From: Methanomassiliicoccales archaeon
GTDB lineage: Archaea > Thermoplasmatota > Thermoplasmata > Methanomassiliicoccales > JAAEEP01
Assembly (NCBI GenBank): GCA_013415695.1
Contig: JAAEEP010000001.1
Location: 68,621 to 132,620 of the forward strand
DNA length: 64,000 nt
Reading direction: 5' to 3'
Shown piece by piece: positions 27,142-34,150 of this stretch. Position numbers and translations under genes: made by a program. Every line of letters begins with the position of its first letter. Within the stretch, counting starts at the first letter, position 1. Under the pieces are notes generated by a model that saw only the letters and a program-made list of their open reading frames with translations, was not told the origin of the DNA and made no database searches.

Positions 27142-29064
27142 TCATTGCAGGGACTTGATTGCCTCCTTCACCTCGTCAATTGCAGTGGGATCCTCAATGG
27201 TGGTATGATCTCCCAGGGGCTTGTCAGCCATTAACGATCTGAGGATCCTTCTCATGATCTTGCCACTCCTGGTCTTGGGAACCTTGCTCACGAAGTACAG
27301 GTGACCAACGATGACTATTGGCCCCAGCGTATCCCTGACCAACTTCCTCAATTCCTGGGCCAGTTCGTCACTACCACTCTCACCTGGATTTAGCACGACA
27401 AAGGCAGCAGCGACCTCTCCCCTCAGCTCATCCGGTTCGCCGACAACTGCAGTCTCGGCGACCTTCGGGTGGGCCAATAGGGCGCTTTCGATCTCAATTG
27501 TCCCTATTCTATGGGCGGATATCTTGATCACCTCGTCTGCCCTCCCCTGGAACCATACATAGCCGTCCTCATCGATGATGGCACTGTCCCCAGTGTAATA
27601 GACACCAGGAATGGTGTTCCAGTAGAATGCCAAGTATCTCTCGTGATCTCTCCAAAGAGTTGGAGTTAAACCTGGGAAGGGCCTACGGACCACAAAGTTA
27701 CCCTTGCTCCCGGGTGGGAGGGATTTTCCCTCCCCGTCCACCACATCAGCATCGATGCCTGGTAGTGGTATTGTCGCTGCTCCTGATTTGATGGGGAGCA
27801 TGCATATCCCATATGGGTTTCCTACCATTGGACCACTGCTTTCTGTCTGCCACATATGATCTATCACAGGTACTCGACCATCGAGTACGTCCTTGTGAAG
27901 CCACTCGTAAGCGGGAGGGTTGAGCACTTCCCCCGCACAGAGCACCAGACGCAAGGAGGAAAGATCGTGTCTCCTTGGGTATTCTATTCCCTCCTGCATC
28001 AGCGCCCTAACACCAGTTGGCGAGATCCACAGTTGGGTCACTCGGTTCCTCTCTATAATGTCCCACCATATGTCAGGAGATGGATGGATGGGTACCCCCT
28101 CGAACATTATGGTGGAGCAACCGATGAGCAATGGTGCATAGACAACATAGGAGTGGCCTACGATCCATCCTACATCCGAGGTCGACCACCAGACATCCTC
28201 TGGCTTCATGTCGTAAACCCATTTGGCCATGGCGGTTATCCAGACCTGATATGAACCGTGGGGTTGGACAGTCCCCTTTGGTTTGGACATGGTTCCAGAG
28301 GTGTAAAGGATGAAGGCCAGGTCGTTAGCGTCGACGGGTATAGCCTTACCCGACTCTCCACGGCCGAGATCAAGTGCCTGACCCCAGGTGATATCCCTTC
28401 CCTCGACCATTCCAGCGCTGCCTTCTCTCTCCAGGACAACGACCTTCTCAACGCACTTGGCAACCTCCAGAGCTCTATCTACTGTGTCCTTCAGGGAAAC
28501 AGCCTTTCCCCTTCTGTATCCCACATCGGCGGTGATCACGATCCGAGATTCCGCGTCAACTATCCTGTCCGCCAGGGCACCGAACCCGAAGCCACCGAAT
28601 ACCACGGAATGCACAGCTCCGATCCTCGTGGTAGCTAACATAGCGACGGCCGCTTCCGGGACCATCGGCATGTAGATGGTCACCCGGTCACCCTTCTCAA
28701 CCCCCAAAGCACGAAGAGCGGCAGCAAATCTCTCCACCTGGTGATGGAGCTGGTTGTAGGTTATCACCCGACTCTTCTCTCCTTCTCCACTCTCCCAGAT
28801 GATCGCTGCTCGATTGCCCCTCCCTTTTAACAGATGGTAATCCAGACAGTTGTAGGAAATGTTTGTCTCCGCTCCTGGAAACCACTTGAATTCAGGGTAT
28901 TCCCATTCGAGAACCTTATCCCATGGTTTGAACCAGTGTATATCCTCAGCAACTTTTCCCCAGAATTCTTCTGGATCCTCCAACGCCCGCCTCCTCATCC
29001 ACTCCAAGTGGGAGGGAAGCTCCAAACCCGTTCCGGAAGTCATGTGCCACCCTGAAACTATCAT
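27142..29064 (-). CDS. acs: acetyl-CoA synthetase (AMP-forming)
   Basis: 640 aa with YTSGTMSKPKG, WWSTSDVGWIVGHSY and the C-terminal KTRSGKIMRR. Confidence 0.9.
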   Translation of the reverse strand: MIVSGWHMTSGTGLELPSHLEWMRRRALEDPEEFWGKVAEDIHWFKPWDKVLEWEYPEFKWFPGAETNISYNCLDYHLLKGRGNRAAIIWESGEGEKSRVITYNQLHHQVERFAAALRALGVEKGDRVTIYMPMVPEAAVAMLATTRIGAVHSVVFGGFGFGALADRIVDAESRIVITADVGYRRGKAVSLKDTVDRALEVAKCVEKVVVLEREGSAGMVEGRDITWGQALDLGRGESGKAIPVDANDLAFILYTSGTMSKPKGTVQPHGSYQVWITAMAKWVYDMKPEDVWWSTSDVGWIVGHSYVVYAPLLIGCSTIMFEGVPIHPSPDIWWDIIERNRVTQLWISPTGVRALMQEGIEYPRRHDLSSLRLVLCAGEVLNPPAYEWLHKDVLDGRVPVIDHMWQTESSGPMVGNPYGICMLPIKSGAATIPLPGIDADVVDGEGKSLPPGSKGNFVVRRPFPGLTPTLWRDHERYLAFYWNTIPGVYYTGDSAIIDEDGYVWFQGRADEVIKISAHRIGTIEIESALLAHPKVAETAVVGEPDELRGEVAAAFVVLNPGESGSDELAQELRKLVRDTLGPIVIVGHLYFVSKVPKTRSGKIMRRILRSLMADKPLGDHTTIEDPTAIDEVKEAIKSLQ

Positions 29065-29120
29065 TTGGAAGTATGTTATTAATGATTTTTTCTATCAGTT
29101 TCTTATATAATTCAAGTAGG

Positions 29121-29133
29121 ATAAAGAAAAAAT
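29121..29133 (-). terminator. oligo-T tract downstream of tRNA-Val
   Basis: The minus strand reads ATTTTTTCTTTAT about 17 nt after the tRNA 3' end. Confidence 0.35.
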
Positions 29134-29149
29134 CCCTAATTCGTAGAAG

Positions 29150-29243
29150 TGGGCTCACCCGGATTCGAACCGGGGAGCTTCGCCGTTCCCAATCGCCTAG
29201 GCGATGTGTGAGGGCGACGTCATAACCACTAGACCATGAGCCC
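29150..29243 (-). tRNA. tRNA-Val (anticodon CAC) with a ~21-nt intron after position 37; no encoded CCA
   Basis: Manual fold of the minus strand. Acceptor GGGCTCA/TGAGCCC; D arm GTCT-AGTGGTTAT-GAC; anticodon stem TCGCC/GGCGA with loop CTCACA; T arm CCCGG-TTCGAAT-CCGGG; discriminator A. 94 nt versus about 73 expected, so an intron is inferred. Confidence 0.85.
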
Positions 29244-29270
29244 TTGCCTGTAAGCCGAGAATGACTAGCG

Positions 29271-29278
29271 TATATTAA
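29271..29278 (-). promoter_or_regulatory. TATA box (TTAATATA on the minus strand) upstream of tRNA-Val
   Basis: Centred about 31 nt upstream of the mature tRNA 5' end, consistent with a short leader. Confidence 0.35.
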
Positions 29279-29394
29279 TCTTTTCGGGAATCTGGGAGTC
29301 TCAAATCACTTGGGTCAGAGATTATCAATATCCATTTCCAGGTGATGGTTATCGACCTAGAATTTTCATTGGGCAAAGCTAAAATCAGAGGTTT

Positions 29395-30120
29395 GTGGTA
29401 GGGGTTTTGTTGCTCATCTTTTGCCATCTCTTCGTAGGTCTGGCGATCGGCCTGGTACTATACGCATGGTTAAGGGACGAGTGGTTGATCTTCGCTGTGG
29501 CCTTCGGTTCCGTCATTCCCGATATTATTGACAAGCCCCTTGGTCATTTACTTCTAAGTGGTTCCATCGATAATGGGCGGATTTTCTTCCATGGGATATT
29601 CGTAGTAGGAATTTGGCTAGTAGGCGCTCTCGCCCTGTGCCGAAGTCGTTACGGTATTCTGTTCGCAGGAATAGCTACTGGCATACTGTCACACCAGCTT
29701 CTGGATGCAATGTGGCTGGATCAGGTCTCCTGGTTCTTCCCGCTTATGGGGCCATACGTTCCAGATCACTATGTAAACTACTTTGCATTCGGTTTCTGGG
29801 CAGAGATCACCTCCCCTACCGAATGGATCTTTCTTTTCCTTTCGGGGTCTATGATCTTCGTCTTTCAGGGGGGAAAATGGGGCTGGTTATCTGAATCAAC
29901 AAGATCAAACTTGGAAAGATTTGCAAGGTTGATTCTTAAGGGAGGTCCGTGGTTGCTTGCCATCTTTGGGTTATTGATACTCATCAACGCTTCCTTCACT
30001 GTACACCAGAATCTTGAAGAATTAACTGAGACGATTGTGCTGGGCATCGCCTGCCTCTTGGGCACTTCCTTTCTTTGTGGTTGGTACCCTGGTGGCAGAT
30101 GGATTGGTCTAGAGGTTTAG
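29395..30120 (+). CDS. membrane-bound metal-dependent hydrolase-like protein (YdjM/DUF457-like)
   Basis: 241 aa with multiple TM helices and a GTG start. HLFVGLAIG at the N-terminus and VIPDIIDKPLGH. Confidence 0.65.
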   Translation: MVGVLLLIFCHLFVGLAIGLVLYAWLRDEWLIFAVAFGSVIPDIIDKPLGHLLLSGSIDNGRIFFHGIFVVGIWLVGALALCRSRYGILFAGIATGILSHQLLDAMWLDQVSWFFPLMGPYVPDHYVNYFAFGFWAEITSPTEWIFLFLSGSMIFVFQGGKWGWLSESTRSNLERFARLILKGGPWLLAIFGLLILINASFTVHQNLEELTETIVLGIACLLGTSFLCGWYPGGRWIGLEV

Positions 30121-30145
30121 CTGGACGAGGTCAAAATGGCTTCAC

Positions 30146-30865
30146 TCACTCGGTAATAACCTGGGTTGCGCTGAACTTGCCGTCGTTGAACAACAGCGAG
30201 AAATATCCGGTCTTATGGTTGGTGCTCCTAAGCTTGACCGCTCTGATTCTGCGCTGGATGTCAGTCTCCCCGATCTCTTGCAGCTTGAGGCTGACCACCC
30301 CATCAGCGAGATATCCCTCATCGTACTTCTGCTCGAACATCCTATCGGGCTGATTCTCGGAGACAAGGAGGGAAGTAACCCCTAGATTCCTTAGCCACTC
30401 AAAGAGATAGAACAGCTCTGATCTCCGGTTCTCGTTCATCTGGGCAGCCATTTCCAGTACGTCGAGTGAATCGACGACCAGGATCTCGTACCCCAGGCTG
30501 TGTCTTAGGCTGTCGGCATACATCTTGAAAACCTGGAGCCAGGTACCCTTGGCACTCAGCTGTGTCAGGCTCTTCCTGATGAGCCCAAGGTCTAAGACAT
30601 GGACGTATTCCTTTGCCCTCTCGTCATCCATTCCCATGGCCGCCATCTGCTGAAGCAGGTTCTCCCTTGACTGCTCAAGTGTCATGTAAACGCTAGGTAT
30701 GCGATTCTCAAGTGCATTCTGATAGAGTATACTGTAGGCAAGGGACGACTTCATGGTGCCTGGAGTGCCTGTAAGCAGCACAACCTGCCCCTTTGGAATG
30801 CCTCCCTGCAGATTCTCATCAAAATTCTGTATGTAGGTTCGAAGCCTTTCAATCTGCAGATCCAT
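30146..30865 (-). CDS. single-domain KaiC/RecA-like ATPase (paralogue 3)
   Basis: 239 aa. GGIPKGQVVLLTGTPGTMKSS (deviant P-loop), TLEQS, and Walker B ILVVDSLDVLE. Confidence 0.85.
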   Translation of the reverse strand: MDLQIERLRTYIQNFDENLQGGIPKGQVVLLTGTPGTMKSSLAYSILYQNALENRIPSVYMTLEQSRENLLQQMAAMGMDDERAKEYVHVLDLGLIRKSLTQLSAKGTWLQVFKMYADSLRHSLGYEILVVDSLDVLEMAAQMNENRRSELFYLFEWLRNLGVTSLLVSENQPDRMFEQKYDEGYLADGVVSLKLQEIGETDIQRRIRAVKLRSTNHKTGYFSLLFNDGKFSATQVITE

Positions 30866-30959
30866 CTCCTCCCAAGTACTAATGTTGAGTGGCTGAGCTG
30901 TTAAGAGGCTTGTAGCTACTTAATTCTTTCTTAAAGGACTGGCCCTGAGGAAAAGGACC

Positions 30960-32477
30960 CTATTCAAAGGTCGATGCAAGCGGTAAATGAAGCTGGAAGG
31001 TCCTCCCATCAAACAAGAAAGAGAAGTAGCGCGGGTCTATATCAACACTCCTCATTTTGGGTATTCTAATCCAACGCTGGACCTTATCTCTGTTCTCATG
31101 CATCAGGAGCTCTATTGCCCCATCAGAAAGATAGAGTTCTCCCTGACTGCTCTCGAGTAGTTCCTGAGGAGACTTTTCGGATACCAGGAATGTGGTTATT
31201 TCCATATCACGGAACCATTCGAACAATTCTGCAAGATCTTCCCGAGAAAAGACGAACTCTGACATGGCCTTGAACGACTCGAGCGAATCTAGTACGAAAA
31301 TATCGAAATCTTTGGCTTTCTTGACATTCTCGACATATCTCATCAGTATGCTCCGCCAGTCGCCTTCCTCACCGGCCATTGCCTTGCGGAGGTCTACCAT
31401 ATCCACCAAAATCAAATTCTCCCTTGACTCATCTCGTGAAAGGCCAAGTCGTTCCATCTGCCTTAGGATTGAAGCCCGGTTCTGCTCAAGCGAAAAATAC
31501 ATTCCACGAATTCCCTGCTTGGCTGCACAGTGGTGCAGGATGTGGTAGGCTAGTGAGGATTTCATCGAGCCGACTGATCCGTTCACGAGGATGACATGTC
31601 CTCTTGGTATCCCACCCTTGAGAATACGATCAAGCCGCTCAATATGAGTGGGAATCAACTCCCCATTTACCTCGCCCTGGATTCCAATGCCAATCTGTTT
31701 GTCGATTTCGCTGAAAGCCTCCTGCTTCAGCTCATCAATTTGCTTCTGATCGCTGAGATCTTCCTCTTTCCGCTGCCCCTCCAACGCTCGATCTCTAATC
31801 ATATTGCGGAGCTCGATCGTCTTCTTCATCAATTCTGATTCGGTCACGCGGAACTGCTCCTCCTTGAGGGCTAGGTTCTCCATTTCATCAGAGAGTGCCT
31901 CCTTCAACTCCAATTTGAGCCGATCTCGTTCCTTATCTAGAACCTGCTGGAAGTTCTCCTGTATCTGGAGGAGTTTCTCAAGATCCCCAGGTGTCAACTC
32001 ATCCCCCTCCTTCACCATGTCGAAACGAGTCATTACCTGTTTCCACTGTGAAAGGGTGTTCGAAATCTGTTCTAGGTCACACTCACGCTCTCTAAGGGCC
32101 TTCTCCTTCTCGGTTAGAGACGCTTCCTCATTCTGCAGTTGCTCCATGGTCTTCTCTAGGGCCAATGTATCATTCTCAATTTCTTCCAAGGACCCGAGTA
32201 GTTCGTTCTCGCGATCATTGAGTTCCTTCTCACGGCGGAGGAGATCTTGTTCCCTTCGTTCGAGTAACTTTCGCATCCTCGAGACAGTGACATACTCCGA
32301 ATCGTTAAGACGGACAGAGGTTTCCCTCTGGCTAAAAACGCTTTCCAGTGTAATCTTTGGTGCCTCTCCATATTCACCTTGGGCTTCCTTCTCTCTTAGT
32401 ACCTCTCCACATCTACCACACTGGATATCGTTGGGTCTGACGCCCGCCCCGCACCTAGGACACTCAAATCGAGACAT
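30960..32477 (-). CDS. zinc ribbon + coiled coil + KaiC/RecA-like ATPase
   Basis: 505 aa. CPRCG...CGRCG, then about 200 aa rich in E/K/L/R/Q heptads, then GGIPRGHVILVNGSVGSMKSS, SLEQN and IFVLDSLESF. Confidence 0.85.
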   Translation of the reverse strand: MSRFECPRCGAGVRPNDIQCGRCGEVLREKEAQGEYGEAPKITLESVFSQRETSVRLNDSEYVTVSRMRKLLERREQDLLRREKELNDRENELLGSLEEIENDTLALEKTMEQLQNEEASLTEKEKALRERECDLEQISNTLSQWKQVMTRFDMVKEGDELTPGDLEKLLQIQENFQQVLDKERDRLKLELKEALSDEMENLALKEEQFRVTESELMKKTIELRNMIRDRALEGQRKEEDLSDQKQIDELKQEAFSEIDKQIGIGIQGEVNGELIPTHIERLDRILKGGIPRGHVILVNGSVGSMKSSLAYHILHHCAAKQGIRGMYFSLEQNRASILRQMERLGLSRDESRENLILVDMVDLRKAMAGEEGDWRSILMRYVENVKKAKDFDIFVLDSLESFKAMSEFVFSREDLAELFEWFRDMEITTFLVSEKSPQELLESSQGELYLSDGAIELLMHENRDKVQRWIRIPKMRSVDIDPRYFSFLFDGRTFQLHLPLASTFE

Positions 32478-32490
32478 CTCAACACCAGGG

Positions 32491-33204
32491 TCACTCGCTG
32501 ATTACCTTGGTCACCTGGAACTTTCCTCCGTTGAAGAGCAAGGAGAAGAAGGAGGGATCATGATTTGTCTCTCTCATCTTCACACAGCGGATCCTCCGCT
32601 GAGTCTCCACCTCTCTGACCTCCTGCATCTTCAAAGCGATTACTCCGTCTGAGAGATATCCTTCATCGTAGGATCCCTCAAGAATCCTTTCTGGGGATGC
32701 TTCAGAGATGAGAAACGCCGTTGATTCCAGACCTCTCAGCCACTCGAAGAAATAGAAGAGTTCGGTCCTCTTGACCCCCATGTCTGCCATGGTTTCAAGC
32801 ACATTAAGGGAATCAATGACTATGAGCTCATACTCGAGGCTTTCGCTGAGGTTGGACAGATAGGATTTGAATACCTCCATCCAGGAACCTCCTGCCGATA
32901 TCTCCTTCAGCTTCTTCCTGATCAGTGAGAGATCCAGGACATGAAGCTTGTCCTTGACCTCCTCCGTGGACATTCCCATCTTCTCCATCTGGCGTAGCAG
33001 GCTGTTTCGGGACTGCTCCAGAGTCACGTAGATGCCGACTTTGTTCTCCCTTATTGCCTGGTTGTGAAGAATGTAGTATGATATCGATGATTTCATAGTT
33101 CCTGGAGTGCCAGACACCAAAACGATGTGGCCCCGTGGGATTCCGCCCTCCAAGACCTTATCGAAGCCCTCGATGTACGTCTTGAACCGTTGCTCCTCGC
33201 TCAA
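32491..33204 (-). CDS. single-domain KaiC/RecA-like ATPase (paralogue 1)
   Basis: 237 aa. GGIPRGHIVLVSGTPGTMKSS, TLEQS and LIVIDSLNVLE. Lies 13 nt upstream of the 505-aa gene. Confidence 0.85.
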   Translation of the reverse strand: MSEEQRFKTYIEGFDKVLEGGIPRGHIVLVSGTPGTMKSSISYYILHNQAIRENKVGIYVTLEQSRNSLLRQMEKMGMSTEEVKDKLHVLDLSLIRKKLKEISAGGSWMEVFKSYLSNLSESLEYELIVIDSLNVLETMADMGVKRTELFYFFEWLRGLESTAFLISEASPERILEGSYDEGYLSDGVIALKMQEVREVETQRRIRCVKMRETNHDPSFFSLLFNGGKFQVTKVISE

Positions 33205-33308
33205 TTCAAACCACTTCCATTAATGTATAGCAGTTCCCCGCTTGTGCCAATTCATGTTATGGAGGTACAAAAAGATATGGTGCGGGTTCTCAACGAGTGA
33301 TACTAACC

Positions 33309-34010
33309 CTATATGTCTCCCCTTATCACTACCCGGCGGACATATTGTTTAGCAAGCTCCGCCATGTTATGGATCCGTTCTATGGGATAGGGGTCGATCT
33401 TGGAGAGCCTGCCGTCAAGGGTGGTACCCGGCCGGAACTGCTGCAGGGCGTACTTCCTCGCCCCGCCGATGAAGGCGGCGATGGACTCTACATCCTTCTC
33501 CTTGATAATATGAGGCACAATGGTGGTCCTGAACTCATGCTCAATTTCCGAATCCATAAGAATGGAAATGGAACGCTTGATGTCCTCAAGCGGAGCCTGC
33601 ACCCCACATGCATCGTCGTACCGGTCATCAAGAGGTCCTTTTATGTCCATGGCAACGCTCTCCAACAGGCCTGAATCGATTAGATCTAAGAGCATTGAGG
33701 GATTGGATCCATTGGTATCCAGCTTGACCCTCAATCCAAGGGCAGATAGGTCTCCAATGAGATCAGGCAGATCGGAGTGAATTGTGGGCTCCCCTCCTGT
33801 AATCACCACCCCATCCAAGAAGTCGGAGTTCTCTTCCAGATAGAGCATCATAGAACCATGATCGACCTCGGGAACGCTTCCTGGCGACAGTACCAGTTCC
33901 CGGTTGTGGCAGAAAGGGCACCGAAAGTTGCATCCAGGAAGGAATATGACAGAAGAAACACGACCGTCCCAATCCACCAGTGAGGTCTTTATGAAGCCCA
34001 CGATCCTCAT
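33309..34010 (-). CDS. radical SAM activating enzyme (NrdG/PflA-type)
   Basis: Start at Met8 (MRIVGFIKTSLVDWDG), cluster motif CNFRCPFCHN, about 233 aa. Confidence 0.85.
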   Translation of the reverse strand: MRIVGFIKTSLVDWDGRVSSVIFLPGCNFRCPFCHNRELVLSPGSVPEVDHGSMMLYLEENSDFLDGVVITGGEPTIHSDLPDLIGDLSALGLRVKLDTNGSNPSMLLDLIDSGLLESVAMDIKGPLDDRYDDACGVQAPLEDIKRSISILMDSEIEHEFRTTIVPHIIKEKDVESIAAFIGGARKYALQQFRPGTTLDGRLSKIDPYPIERIHNMAELAKQYVRRVVIRGDI

Positions 34011-34150
34011 AATCAACCTTGAGGGTGTCACCCCGTATTAATCATGTTCCTTGCGAGGATGTAACATCGAGATGTGAGCCAGTGAACTGTGGCGGAACAA
34101 ACTTTTTCAGTGAGTAAACCCGTTGCAGCTGGAAAGGGTTCGAGGGCGGT

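Noticed and set aside
31804-32652. 282-aa Ser-rich ORF on the plus strand
   Set aside because: It is antisense to the coiled-coil region of the 505-aa KaiC-like gene. The composition (runs of S, R, F) is the mirror image of E/K/L codons.
29150-33204. tRNA-Val as an integration site for a mobile island (DUF457 gene plus KaiC-like triad downstream)
   Set aside because: I could not see an integrase, a transposase or a direct repeat of the tRNA 3' end. There was no obvious by-eye shift in base composition.
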